64,000 nucleotides of DNA from the human T2T-CHM13v2.0 reference genome, Homo sapiens: NCBI RefSeq assembly GCF_009914755.1, contig NC_060946.1; one strand, given 5' to 3'. Position 1 is the stretch's first letter. Each line of letters opens with the position of its first letter. The translations under genes and the position numbers were made by a program. The notes under the pieces were generated by a model. It searched no databases and was not told the DNA's origin. It saw only the letters and a list, made by a program, of their open reading frames with translations. Below, in pieces: positions 19,101-32,860 of the stretch.

Positions 19101-21050
19101 GGAGCTCCAGTGTTAGGTTCATGTATGTTTAGGATTGTCATATTTTTCTGTTGGATGAGACCTTTACCATTATATACTGTCTGTCTTTGTCTCTTTTAGC
19201 TGCTGTTACTTTAAAGTTTGTTTTGTCTCATATGAGAATAGCTACCGCTGCTCGCTTTTGGTGTCCATTTGCATGAAATGCCTTTTTCTACCACTTTCCT
19301 TAAGTTTATGTAAGTCGTTATGTGTTAGATGAGTCTCCTGAAGGCAGCAGATAGTTAGTTGGTGTGTTCTTATCCATTCTGTGGTTCTGTATCTTGTAAG
19401 TGGAGCATTTAAGCCATTTACAACCAATATTAGTATTAAAAAGTGAGATAACATTGCTTTCATCTTGCTCTTTGCTGCCTCTGTACTTTGTTTTTGTTTT
19501 TTGTTTTTGCTGTTTAACTTGTATTTTTGTTTTATAGGTCTTGTGTGATTTATGCTTTAATGAAGTTCTGTTTTGATGTGTTTCCAGGATTTGTTTCATG
19601 ATTTAGAGCTCCTTTTAGCAGTTCTTACAGTGTTGGTTTGGTAATGGCAAATTCTGTCAGCATTTGTTTGTCTGAAAATGGCTGTATCTTTCCTTCATAT
19701 ATGATGTTTAGTTTTGCTGGATACAAAATTCTTTGCTGATAATTGTTTTGTTTGAGGAGGCTGAAGAAAGGGCCCCAATCCCATCTAGCTTGTAAGGTTT
19801 CTGCTGCAAAATCTGCTGTTACTTTGATAGGTTTTCCTTTATAGGTTACCTAGTGCTTCTGTCTCACAGCTCTTAAGATTCTTTCCTTTGTCTTAACTTT
19901 GGATAACCTAATGACAGTGTGCCTAGGCTAAGATCTTTTTGTGATGAATTTCCCAGGTGTTATTTGTGCTTCTTGTATTTGGATGTCTAGGTCTCTCACA
20001 AGGCCATGGAAGTTTTCCTTGATTATTCCCCCAAATATGTTTTCCTGGCTTTTAGAATTCACTTCTTCCTCAGGTACACTAATTAGTCTTAGGTTTCATC
20101 GTTTAACAGAATGCCAGACTCCTTGGAGGCTTTGCTCATACTTTCTTATTCTTTTTTCTTTGTCTTTATTGGATTGGGTTAAATCAAAGACCTTGTCTTC
20201 GAATTCTGAATTTCTTTCTTCTACTTGTTCAATTCTATTGCTGAGACTTTCCAGAGCAGTTCACATTTCTAAAAGTGCACACAAAGTTTCCTGATTTTTT
20301 ATTTTTTTATTTTCATTTTTTTTAATTTAAGCTATTTCCTTGAATGTTTCTCCCTTCATTTGCTGTATCATTTTTTGGATTTTCTTGCATTGGACTTCAC
20401 CTTTCTCTGGCCCCTCCCTGATTAGCTTAATAACTAACCTGAATTCTTTTTCAGATAAATCAGTGATTTCTTCTTTGTTTGGATCCATTGGTGATGAACT
20501 GGTGTGATTTTTGGGGGGGGTGTTGAAAAGTCTTGTTTTGTCAGATTACCAGGGCTGGTTTTCTGGTTCCTTCTCATTTTGGTAGACTCTGTCAGAGGAA
20601 AGGTCTAGGGCTGAAGACTGTTGTTCAGACTCTTTTGTCCCACAGGGTTTTCCCTTGATGTAGTACTCTCCCCCTTTTCCTATGGGCATGGCTTCTGTGA
20701 GCTGAAGTGCATTGATTGTTGTCTCTCTTCTGGGTCTAGACACCCAGCAGGTCTACCTGGCTTTGGGCTGGTACTAGGGTTTGTCTGCATAGAGCCCTGT
20801 GATGTGAACCATCTATGGGTCTCTCAGCTGTGGATACCAGCACCTGTTCCAGCAGAGGTGGTGAAGGGGGCAATAGACTCTGTGAGGGTCCTTAGTTTTA
20901 GTGGTGTAATGCTCTATATTTGTGCTGGTTGGCCTCCTGCCAGGAGGTGGTGCTTTCCAGAAAGCATCAGCTGTAGTAGTGTGGAGGGACTGGCAGTGGG
21001 CAGGGCCCTAGGACTCCCAAGATTATATGTCCTTTGTCTTCCACTACCAA
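16150..21050 (-). mobile_element. Older L1 (L1PB-like), 5' region through late ORF2, 3'-truncated at the telomeric repeat
   Basis: Minus-strand ORF2p fragments ([38 protein letters not shown]) and diverged ORF1/5'UTR. Confidence 0.9.
16890..17053 (-). mobile_element. 5'-truncated Alu (right arm) inserted in the L1
   Basis: 16-bp TSD catctatgatttcttt at 16874-16889 and 17055-17070. Confidence 0.92.
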
Positions 21051-22599
21051 CTTAAACATTTGTGACAATTTCAATATCAGAAATTTATGTGTAATCGAAT
21101 TTATTCTGGTAGCTTTTTTTCTTATATGCTTCAATCTTTATAATTTAGTTCTCACATGAGAGAGATCTAATATTGGAAATATTTTCAATCTGTATGTTTA
21201 TGTATTTATTCTAGTTGTCCTGGCGAAAGGTTATCAATGTTGCTGTGTCACCAGCCATTGGCTTTTCACATTTACAACTCCTCTGAATTTATTCTTACCT
21301 CATTTCTGGTGCTGGGAAATTCTGATTTTTTCTCCTCATCTCCATTGTACATTTTAGGGATTCTTGAAACTTTTGATGCACAAACGTCCATACTTTCCAC
21401 ATAAGTAAAATATTTTACTTAGATATTTTCTAGCAGACACTGAGTTCTCATGAGAAATCCTCAGTCTCTTTATTTGGAACACCCCCTGCCCAATATTCCA
21501 TATGGAGTAGTTGTGTGTAGAATGTGATTACTTCATGAATAAGTCAAAGTATGGATACATTTTGAAAACATTTCTGAAGTTGTAATCCCTTTCTTGATGA
21601 ATAGTACCTGTTCAAGAGCAGAATTGATGTTTTCTCTGGAGCAGTAAGTTAGCACTGGTAGAATCTGTTCTGTAATCCCAGGTCCTTGGGCTCCAGTGTC
21701 AATGCTTCCTCCTTAGATCCTCCCTGACCCTGTAAATTTACCTCAGTCTCTATTTCTTAATCCAATAGCTATTTAAATTGATCTTCAATTACTTTGTATG
21801 TGGCCAGATATTATTTGTGGGTTATATTCTAATTCCCATTTTTCTGATGTAATTTCAGAGAGCCTAGAAAATATCACCTTGTGAATATCTACTTCCATGA
21901 AGTCAGTGACACATTTTTAGGTCTTAAACCTCAATATTTAAAATATTTGTCTCTGGAATTTGAAAATAAGATGTATGCTTTGTTTACTGGATAAAAAGGT
22001 TAATCACTTGTTCATCTGATTAGTAATCAAAGTTTCTAAAATTTATTTAATACTTGATGTTACTTTATGTTTTATATAAATGTGTATTTCTATGACAGTT
22101 TTAGTGTCACCTAATATTATTTTCAATGTTGTAATTTTTATGTATATGAATCTTTGTGCTATACATTTTAGTGTCATTGGTATGAAAGCTATATGTGCAA
22201 ATAGCTTGAAATAGCACCTAACACATCATGGATTCTATGTAAATATTCACCACTCTATTTCATCGCATTTTAACCAATTAATACCATTCTTCATTTGCTA
22301 ACATTTTGTTTGTCCCATTCAAATGTGTGTTGGTGTCCTGTCTACATATTAATAAAAGAGAGGAGGTAGGCCCAGACTTCCATCTTGATTAAATGCTAAG
22401 ACAAATGGCACATTTTCCTAGTTCTATTTATATGCAACATTACATTTGTCTCACACTATAAATATGAGTATTCAGTTAAGTACAGCAAAAAAAAAAAAAA
22501 AAATCTTAACCTTCCTACAACAGATGTTGGGATATTCACGGATTGTCCACAACTTCCTTCTCCCAACATTACTTTTATTCTTACATCTCAACTGCCACA

Positions 22600-23400
22600 A
22601 AAACCTAGAAGCATGAAATACTACAAATTAGAAACAAATTCCCTGCTATACACAAATTGTAAAAGTAAACCAAGAAGAAAGAGAATATATGCGTACTTAT
22701 ACAGCAAGTAAATAGATTAGACTAATGAGAACTCTTCTTCAGTCTAGCCCAGGCTCACATAGCTTCACTAGTGAATTCTATTAAACACTTAATGAATAAC
22801 CAATCCTTCACAAACACTTGCAAAGCAGAGAAGCAGGAAAACATCAATTCATTTTTGAGGCCAGTATTACCCAGATAACAAATCAGACAAAAGCAGCACA
22901 AGAAAATAAATAAATAAAAATAAAATAAATCCCTCATGAATGAAGGCAGAAATCTCCAAAAACTCTAGCAAACTAGAGGAAGCAACACATAAAAATGTTA
23001 GACAAGCCTGGCATGGCAGTGCACACCTGTAGTCCCAGCTACTTAGGAGGCTGAGGTGGCAGGAACACTTAAGCCCAGGAGTTTGAGGTTATAGTTAGCT
23101 GTGACTGTGCCACTCCACCCCAACCTGGGGGACAGAGTGAGGCCTCACCTCTAATAAAAATTAAAGAAAATTAGAAAAAAGTTAGACAATATAACCAAGT
23201 GGAATTATCTTACAAATACAAATTTAAAAATCAATCAGTGTAATACACCATATTAATAGAATAAAGGAAAAGACCATGAGGATTTCAATGGATGTCTGAC
23301 AATGTCTGACACTCATTCCTGATGAATCTTCCAGAAATCTAGCAATAGAAATAACTTCCTGAACCTCCTAAAGGTCATCCATGAAAATTTAATAAATTCC
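22600..23400 (+). mobile_element. Diverged L1M ORF2 fragment containing an Alu monomer (about 23004-23165)
   Basis: L1-like aattcatttttgaggccagtattaccc and aatcaatcagtgtaatacaccatattaatagaataaagg; FRAM-like monomer. Confidence 0.7.
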
Positions 23401-24903
23401 ACTAGGGTATATTGAAAGGCATATTGATACTTCCAACTTTATGGTTTTAAAAATTAACAATGAAATAAGAACTAATAACAGTAATCTATCCATCTGGGAA
23501 ACATTAAACACCTTTCTAACAATATTACTTTTGATGTGATAAAGGTAAAAATCCAAATTTAATAAGAGCAGTGCTTTTGAGAAGACTAAAATTTGGTGTT
23601 CCTAATTTTTCTGACTTATTAGCAATTAGAATCTAATTATCAATAATGCCAAGAAGACAGGAGTACTCTCCAATGACATTAAAATGTATAACACAAAGAT
23701 TTATAGTTAGACATAATGTATAACACAAAGATTCATTGTTTGGCATAACAGCATTTCATATTTGAATCATTTAATAACATTTTCATCATTGCGTATTCTC
23801 CTGGAAATAACACACAATACAGACTTCAAAAAACCAGAGCTTTTGCTGGGGATATGTGCTCCTTCCAAAGGCAATTGATTGTGTGCAATATTCTGAGAAT
23901 TAATTCCTCCAAAGGTAAAGTGTGGCTATCTGGGCTTCTGGTAATATCCTGAAAATTCACATATTCAAAAAGTCTTTTCCACTACAAACCACCATAAATG
24001 CTGGACAACAGAATATCGGCTCAACTGCCCAAATTATACTTTGGGGCTTTTGTACACAGTTTTTGCACAGAAATATTTAAGTGAATATAAATTAATTGAA
24101 ATGTTTTCCCGGTGGATATTGAGGGAGAAACAGAAAAATCCAAGACAATCCCCTGTGGAAGAAAATTCTCCGACCCAAATCTCAACCGAACTCAAAGCGC
24201 TGAACAGCGCATCAATTAAGACCTGTCAAATATAATCACACTATCTAATAGTTTTAAATACGCAAAATAAAGAGCACCAAAGTCAATGTATTTCAGAAAT
24301 AACAACAACAAAACCAGAGCACCCCGATGCAATTAGGCCTCAAGGAATTCCAAAGTAGTGTATTAGGTATAGAAAATACATATGTATTTAGAAATGTTTA
24401 CAGAGATTAGAGAGAATTTTTTAAAAAAGATTTGGCCTCTAAGACAGTTAACAATTCCAGTAAAGAAGAAAAGAGAAATTCAATGTTTGATATACATACA
24501 TAAAAATAAATTTTAGGAAAATGAAAAGTCCATGTGATGACAGAATCCAAATTATATAAAAGATAGAAACCTCAATATTTGTTTTTACACATTTTAAGGA
24601 AAAAACAACCCTGAAAGCATAAAATGCAGAAAATAATGTTAATAATTCTTGAGTTTTCAAGTCCCTCTCACTGACTTTGGCACTTAGAGAACAGCCAGCA
24701 CAGGCTCAGGATCACCAAATGGGCATTTCTGCCAAGGAGACAAAACTCATGAAAATGGAGCAGAAAGCTATGCGCACAAGATGGATGGATGCTCCTCTCC
24801 CAGAGACCAGCAGGTTCAGGTGTAGAGGGAGTGGGCCAGGGAGGGGCTGTGAGCACCAACCTGGGAGGGGTGGCTAGACTTCCATGGGACCCTCCTGTCA
24901 GCA

Positions 24904-25347
24904 GGTTTAAAAATAGGCACATAGACCAATGGAACAGATGAGAGAACCCAGAAATTAACCCAAATACTTACAGCCAACTGATCTTCAACAAAGTGAACAA
25001 AAACATAAAGTGGGGAAAGGACATCCTTTTCAACACATGATGTTGGGATAATTGGCAAGCCACATATAGGGGAATAAAACTGGATTCTCATCTCTCACCT
25101 TATACAAAAATCTACTCAAGATGGATTAATAACTTAAACCTAATTCCTGAACTATAAAAATTCTAGAAGATAACACTGGATAAACCCTTCTAGACATTGG
25201 CATAGGCAAGGATTTCATGACCAAGAAACCAAATGCAAATGCAATAAAAACAAAGATAAATAGCTGGGACTTAATTAAACTAAAGAGCGAGCTTTTGCAT
25301 GGCAAAGGGAACAGTCAGCAGAGTAAATAGACAACCCACAGAGTGGG
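24904..25347 (+). mobile_element. L1 ORF2 fragment, inverted paralogue of 16150-16590
   Basis: Reverse complement aligns by eye along its length to 16150-16590, including the same junction to the telomeric repeat. Confidence 0.92.
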
Positions 25348-25348
25348 A

Positions 25349-25550
25349 CCCCTGACCCCTGACCCTGACCCCTAACCCCTAACCCTAACCCCTAACCCTA
25401 AACCCTAACCCCAACCCTCACCCTAACCCAACCCTAACCCCTAATCCCTAACCCCTAACCTCTCTTAACCCCTAACTCTAAACGTTGACTCCCAACCTCT
25501 AACTCTGACCCCCACCCCAACCCTAAACTTAACCCCAACCCCTAACCCTA
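25349..25550 (-). repeat. Degenerate interstitial telomeric repeat (CCCTAA/CCCTGA)
   Basis: ccctgacccctgaccctgacccctaacccctaaccctaacc.. Confidence 0.97.
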
Positions 25551-26285
25551 GGTTTGTTACTACGTTTGTATTGACTATGTCAATGTTGATTATTATGATC
25601 ACTGTCTTAGGACTGCACGGCAGTGAGGGGATTGCGGATCTTATATTAATATTTTTATATTGAGGCAGTGCATTAGCATTACAGGTGCTTGTTACATGAG
25701 CAATGGGGGTGTCATGTCTGCATTAGGAATGCTGCATTTGTCTTCCGAGGCTGCGGTATGTATCTCGCACTGCGGCCACCTCGCCTTGGCTGGGGAGAAC
25801 CTCGGTGGGCAGGATTCAGAGGGGCTTTTGATTTCCCGTTTTCCACACTGAACCCTTCTAACTGGTCTCTGACACTGATTATTCAGGGCTGCAAACAGGA
25901 AGGATTTTATTCACCGTCGATGCGGCCCCGAGTTGTCCCAAAGCGAGGCAGTGCCCTCAAGGTCTGTGCTGAGGAGAACCTTGCTCTGCCTTCGCGGTGT
26001 CCCCGGGGTCTGTGCTGAGCAGAACACAGCTCCGCCCTCGCGGTGCCCCCGACCCGCCCAGGTCTGTGCTGAGGAGAACATTGCTCCACCTTCGCTGTAT
26101 CTCCGAAGTCTGTGCAGAGGAGAAAGCTCCGCCATCACGACGCTCTCCGGGTCTGTGCTGAAGAGAACGCAGCTCCACCCTTGCAAAGGCCCCCAGCGCC
26201 GGGGCAGGCGCAGAGAGGCCCTCCCCCTGCCAGCGCCGGCGCAGGCGCGAAGAGGCGCACCCGAACCCGAATCCTAATCCTGACG
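25551..26285 (+). repeat. TAR1 subtelomeric repeat with about five gtctgtgctgaggagaac units and degenerate 29-mer units
   Basis: gtctgtgc(t/a)gaggagaac..gctccgcc repeats at about 25960-26180; gcgccggcgcaggcgc(a)gagagg units typical of the subtelomeric 29-bp repeat. Confidence 0.9.
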
Positions 26286-27500
26286 CCGTCCTAAGAGCCC
26301 TGGGGAGACCTTAGGGAACAAGCATTAAACTGACACTCGAGTCTGTAGCCGGCTGTGCCAAAAGACTTGAGGTTGGGGTGATACGGGAGCAGGGGTCGGG
26401 GAAGAAAGCGTTCTGGTTTTAGACCCACAGGAAGATCTGTGAAGCGCTCTTGGGTAGAGCACATGTTGCCGGGCATGCCCTTGAAAACAGCCTAAGAAGA
26501 GGGGGCGTCTGGAAGGAACCGCAACGCCAAGGGAGGGTGTCCAGCCTTCCCGCTTCAACACCTGGACGCATTCCGGAAAGTTTCCTAAGAAAGCCAGAAA
26601 AATAATAAAAAATAATAATCCAGAGGCCAGGGGGCGCTAATGGGGCTTTACTGGGACTATCTGGCTTAATCCTCCAAACAACCCTGCCACAGCAGCCCAT
26701 CAGTCCTCTGAGACAGGTGAGGAACCTGAGGTCGCAGGAGGACACCCAGAATGTCCAGGCAGAGCCCCCTAGGCCCCCACACCTCCCCCCGTGGCAACTC
26801 CAATCCCAGCTTTTTTCGTTAGTAAGGCACTCCGGCTGCAGGTCCACGCCCACTCCCCCAAGCGGGGAAGGAGCTTCGCGCTGCCGCCAGCTGGGGACTG
26901 GGCACCGCCCTCCCGCGGCTCCGGAGCCGGCTGCCACCAGGGGCGCGCCCGCGGTGTCCGGGAGCCTGGCGGCGCGTCTGCAGCGGCCAGTGCACCTGCT
27001 CCTGCCCTCACCGCGGTCTCTGCCAGGACCCCGACGCCCAGCCGGACCCTGCCCTCCAGCGGGGCTGCGGCTCCACAGCCTGCGACAGCAGCCCCACCTA
27101 GCATTCGGCGTGCTCCTGGGGGCAGAGGTCGCGGTGTCCTCAGGCTGTGGCGCCAGCCTGCAACCCCCACGCCGGGCTCGGGCCCCGGCTGAGGAGGGCG
27201 ATGCTCCCTGGGTAGGGCGACCGGTCGCCTGGGCTGCGAGGGCGGCTTAGGGGCGGAAGCGGCGGTCCAGGGCCGCCTGATGCAGCAGCCTGTCCCAGCC
27301 GCGGTCCCTCCAGTCCCTCCCTGGCGGCTGCGGAGCCGTCCGAGGACAGGGGCCATAAACTCTCCAGAGCGGGAAGCCGCACCCTGGTGGCCCGGCTCCG
27401 CGCCCAGACCTGGCCGCAGCTGGCACCTGACCCGCTGCATGGGTCTCCAGGGAGCTCGCTGCCAACCTGGCACTGCAGCCTCGGCTCCCTCATACGCGCT
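25880..27500. promoter_or_regulatory. CpG island / putative promoter
   Basis: Very GC-rich with many retained CpGs, especially 26850-27450, in an otherwise CpG-depleted window; candidate donor gagacag|gtgagg at 26716/26717. Confidence 0.7.
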
Positions 27501-28102
27501 CTGGTAGGTGCTAGGGACGACCCTATGGGCCAGCTTGCCACGCCAAGTCCCCAGGCCACACCCACCCTGGCTCCCTGGGCTAGGGGACTGGCTCCTCCTG
27601 TGGGTCATGGGGCTGGCAGGCAGGGACTTTAGGGGAGAGGGAGGGACAGAGGGCAGCCCCTGCTGTGTGCGCAGCGAGGTCCTGCACAGGCCTCTGTTGC
27701 AGAGCGTGCAGCTTCAGCTGGGACTGGATTGCAGGTGGAGATGACTGTTTGTGCGCACACCTGGGGGTGAAGAGGACGCAGCCTGTCTACCTGACCCATG
27801 AAATGGAGGAGACTGTACCACAGAAGCAGCGGGTTCACTGCTCCATTGATGAAGCAAGTCTGGGACACACATGTAGCTAAGCTGCGACTTCTGTGCCAGC
27901 GGTCCCAACACCCACGCCTTCAGGAAGACACATGTGTGGGGGTTGCGTGCTTGTCAGGCCTGAGAGTGGAGAGTGGGGGCCAGAGACACTAGGTAGGGGG
28001 AACCCGCCCGAGGGCTCTGAGGGATGACGATGTAGGGAGCTGGTGGCAGAGATTGAGCTGGCCCAATGTTGCAGGGTGGGGACAGAGTCGAGGTCCACCC
28101 CG

Positions 28103-31100
28103 CCTCAGGTGGACAGCTGAACCTGAGTAGACATCAGGCCCCAGATCGACATCTGGCCCCAGGTAGATTCCTAGGCCCAAGGTGAATACTCAGTCTCCAG
28201 CCCTAGGGGAATTCAGTCTTAGATGACTAAGGACTGGTGTTCCTCTGGGGCCTCATGTCTACCTGGGCCCTGGGAGTGCACATGGAGCCAGATGTCTATA
28301 AAGGGCCTGAGTGTCCACTAGGGCCTGAGGTTCACCAGGAACATAGACACCCACCTAGGACCTCGTGTCCACCTAAAACCTGGTGTTCACCTGGGGTCTG
28401 GGTGACAACCTGGGATCTGATGTTCACCTGAGGCCCAGAGTTCAGCTGGTGCCTATGTCAGCCTGGCACCTGATGCACACGAGAGGACTAGGTGCCCACC
28501 TGAGGACTGGTGTTCTTGGGGAACTGGTGTTCAGCTGTGGATTGATGACCAACTGGGTCCTGGTGTCCTCCTGGCACCTGATGTCCACCTGGGACTGCAT
28601 GCTTACCTAGGGTCTGGTGTTCCCCTGGGGCCTGGTGTGCCCCTGAGACCTGGGGTCCACCTGGGCCTAGTATCCACTTGGGGCCTCATATTCATCTGGA
28701 ACATCATGTCCACTTGAGGCCTTGTAGTTACCTAGGGACTGGGTGTCCTTCTGGCACTTCAGTGTCCTCCTGGGGCCTGGGGTTCTCCTGGGGCCTGGGT
28801 TTACATCTCTGGCCTGATGTCCACCTTGGGATGGATGTCCACCTGGGGACAGATGTTCATTTGTGGCCTGAGTGTCCATCTCGTATCTAATGTCTACCTG
28901 GGGCCTGGTGTTTGCCTGAGGCCTTATATCCACCTGGGGCCTGGGCATCCATTTGAGGCCTGATGTCTAACTAAGACCCGGTGTTTAATTGGGGCACAGA
29001 CTTCTTCCTGGAGCCCAATGTTCACCTGGAGCCTGAAGTTCACCTATGCCTGTTGTCTACCTGAGGCCTATGTGTCAACCTAGCGCCTGAAGACCACCCT
29101 GAGTTCAGTGTTCACCTGGGGACTGACATCTGCCTGGAGTCCTGGTGTCCACATAGGGCCTGGTATTGGCTTGGGACCAAAGTATTTACCTAGGGCCTGG
29201 GTGTCTACTTAGAGCCTGACTTCTACATGGTTCATTGTGTCAACCTGAGACCTGATGTCTACTTAGGGTCTAGGTAAGCTCCTTATGATTAAAGCCCACA
29301 TGGGGGCTGAAACCATCTCACACCTTGTGTTAACCTAGGGCTTAGTGTCCACCTGAGGCCGGCCTGGGACCTGGTGACTCCCTGGGGTCAAGGTATCCAC
29401 CTTGGGCCTGATGACCAGTTGGGGCTTAAGGATCTACCTAGAGACTGGTGTCAACCTGGAACCTGATGTCCACGTGGGTTCTGGTGTACACCTTGGGCCT
29501 GATGCCCACCTGGACATGGGTGTACACTTTGGGCCTAGTGTGCACTGAAGCCTTGGAGTCAACCTGGGTCTTGATGCACACTTTTAGTCAAGTGTTTAAC
29601 TGGGGCCTGATGAAATACTAGAGCCTGATTTACACCTGTGTACTGGGTCTCCACCTGGGGCCTGATGTCCACCTGCAGCCAGATATCCACCTGGCACCAG
29701 ATGTCTACCAGGAATCTGGGTGTCCACCTTGAAAATGATGTATTCCAAGAGACTAGGCATGCACATTGGGCCTGGGGTCCACCTGGGTCCTGATGTCTAC
29801 CTAAGGCTGGTATTGAACTGGGGCCTGTGTGTTCACTTGGAGCCTGATGTTCATTTGGAACCTGGTGTTCACCTAGGACATGGGTATCCACCTGGATCCT
29901 GATTTTCAGGTGGGGAGTGGATATAGACCTGGGACCTGATGGCCACCTATGCTATAAGTAACCCAACCACCTGAGGCCTGATATTCACCTGCGGCCTGAT
30001 GTCCACCTGGTACCTGTGTGTCAATCTAGTGCCTGGTGTCCACTTGAGGACTAGGTAGACACCTGGGGCTTGGTGTCCACCAGAGACCTGGTGTTCATCT
30101 TGCAACCAGTGTCCACCTGGACCCTGTGTATCAACCTGTGGCCTAGGTGGCCACTTGGAGCTTTATGTGCACCTGGGGCCTGAGAGTTTCCTAGGATCTG
30201 ATGACAACTGGGGCCCAGCGATCCACCTGGGACATCAGGCTCCAAGTGTATGCCCAGGCTCCATATGGACACCAGGCCAGGAGAATGCCAGCCCTTATCT
30301 GAACATCAGGTCCTAGATGGATGCCCAGGTCCCATATGTACATCAGGCCCCAGGTATACACTGGACTCCAGGTGGACACCAGCACTCAGTTGGATACACA
30401 CACTCAAGGTGGACACCAGGCCCCACGTGAATTCCTACACTCCAGGTGAACATCAGGTCCCAAGTGGATACCTGGACCCCAGATGGATACCAGTCTCTAA
30501 ATTAATACCAGGCCTCAGATGGTCCTTAGGAGCCATGTGGGCATTAGTCATCAGGAAGTTACCTAGGCCCAAAGTGGACATCAGGCCCCATGTTGACACA
30601 AGATCCAGTTGGAAGTCAGGCCCCAGGTGGACACCCAGGCCCTAGGTAAATACTTAGGTCCCAAGTTGACAGCAGGCCCTATGTGAACACTCAGAACTCA
30701 GGTGGACATGAGGCCTCAGGTGGACATCTGAGTTCATCTGGAACCTCATGTTACAGGCCCCATGTAAACACCGGGCCTTAGGTGGATACCCAATCTCTAG
30801 GTGGACATCAGAGCTCAGATTGACACAAAGACGCCAGTAGACATAATGTACTAATGAATATCCAGGCCCCTGGTAAATACCCAGGCCCCAGATTGACACC
30901 AGGGTCTATGTGGACACACAGGCCCCAGTTAGAAAACAGGCCCAAGGGAGACACTGGACTGGACATCAGGTCCCAGGCTGACAACCATGCTTCAAGTTGA
31001 CACCAGGCCCCAAGTGAACATCTGGCCCCAGCTGAACACTAGTCCACTGGTGAATACCTAGGCCCAAGGTTGAAATCAGGCCCCATGTGAACACTAGACC

Positions 31101-32860
31101 CCAGATAAACACTTATACCCTAAGTGGGCATCAAGCCTCAGGTGGTTACCTGTTCCCAAGGTGAACATCAGGACCCTGATGGGCACCAGTTATCAAGTGG
31201 ATTCCTAGGCCCCAGGTGAATATCAAGCCCTAGGTGGATACCAGGCCCCAGGTGGATACCAGGATCCTGGTAGACATCAGGTCCCAAGAGGACCCTAGAA
31301 CCCAGGAGTACATCAGGCCACATTAACACGAAGGCCCCAGATGAATACCAGGCCAATTGTGGACATCAGGCCTGAGAAGGGTCCTCAGGCTCCAGGTGGA
31401 CATCAGGCGCCAGGTGAACATCCAGCACTCAGATGAACATTAAGCTTCAGGTGGACATCATGCCTCAGGTGAACTCCAGGCCCCAGCTAAACATCAGGCC
31501 CCAGGTGGATGCCCAGGTTCCGGGTGCACATCTGGCCACAGTTGGACATTCAACCCTAGGTGACCATCAGGCCATAGGTGAATACACGGTTTCCAGGTGG
31601 ACATCAGATCAAAGGTAAACATCAGTCCCCCAGTGGACATCAGGCCCAAGATGGACACTGAACTAGAGGTTTACATCAGGCCACACATTGACACCTGGTC
31701 CCAGGTGGACATCAGGCCCCAGGTGGATACCTAGGCTTCCAGTGAATTTGACACCAGGTTGACATTCAGGCCCCCAGTGGTCATCTGGCCTCATGTGAAC
31801 ACTCAGACCCCAGGTGCACATGATGTCTCAACTGGACACCAAACCCCTAGTTTGATACCCAAGGCCCAGGTGGACACCAGGTCCAAGGCTGACACTCAAG
31901 CCCTAAATGAATACCAAATTCTAGGTGAATAATTCAACCCAGGTGTTCATTAGGACCCAGCTGGATACCAGTCCCCAGGTTAACACAAGGCCCCCGGTGG
32001 GCACCTAGGCACCAGCTGGACATCAGGCCCTATGTAAACACCCGGGTCTCCGGTGAAAACCATGTCCCAGGTGGACATCAGGCACTACGTGGACACGGGT
32101 CCACAGGTGGACATCTAGCCGCTGGGCGACATGCAGCCCCAGGCGGTCATAACCATTTCCATGGATAAACCATTCCCAGGTGGATATCAGGCCTCAGGAG
32201 GATGGCAGTCACCAGGTAGCCATCAGGCCTCAGATAGACGCCAAGGTCCCAGATGTACAGCAGGCCCCAACTGAACCCCAGACTCATGTGGACATCAGGC
32301 CACAGGTAGACACCAAGCCTTAGGTAGATACCTAACTTCAGGTGGACATCAGACCCCAGGTGGACACCCAGTCCCCGGGTGGACAATCAGGCCCCAGGCA
32401 CACATCAGGCCTTAAGTGGACACCCAGGCCCCAAGTTGATATCCAGCTCCCAGGTGATCACCAAGCCCCAGGTAGACACCAGGCCAAAGCTGAGCAACAG
32501 GATGCAGTAGATCATCAGGCCACAGCTGGATACCAGTCCCCGGTGAACACAAGGCCCCAGTGGGACACAGATCTAAGGCAGACATCAGGCCCCAGGTGGA
32601 CATACAGGCCTGAGGTGGAATTCACCCTGAGGGGGACATTCGGCCCCAGGTGCGCATCAGGCCTCAGGTGAATAACCAGTCCCCAGGTGGACATTAGCCT
32701 GCAGGTCAACCACAGTCCCCAGGTTGATACCTGATCTCCAAGTGGCTACCCAATCTGCAGGGTAACATTAGGCCCCTGTAGGATCCCAGGCTGCAAGTGG
32801 ATTCCTAGGCCTCTGGTGAACATCAGGTGCAGGTGTCCAAGCAGGTCCTGGGTGGACATA
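28103..32860. repeat. Degenerate 18/19-bp minisatellite (GGGGCCTGATGTCCACCT / GGGGCCTGGGTGTCCACCT) with polarity switches at about 28210 and at 30230/30231
   Basis: cctgatgtccacctgg units at about 28225-30230; complementary ccaggtggacatcagg units at 28103-28200 and 30231-32860. Confidence 0.93.

Noticed and set aside
15811-25550. Direct telomere-telomere fusion site like 2q13
   Set aside because: The arrays are about 9 kb apart and each carries the same L1 junction, which indicates duplication of one module rather than end-to-end fusion of two chromosomes
26419-27880. Long ORFs (up to 279 aa) in the CpG island
   Set aside because: They overlap in several frames on both strands, are low-complexity A/G/P/R-rich, and have no recognisable domain; expected from GC richness
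28103-32860. CRISPR-like array or protein-coding repeat
   Set aside because: Monomers are contiguous and degenerate with no unique spacers, the context is primate DNA, and the many short ORFs on both strands are satellite translations
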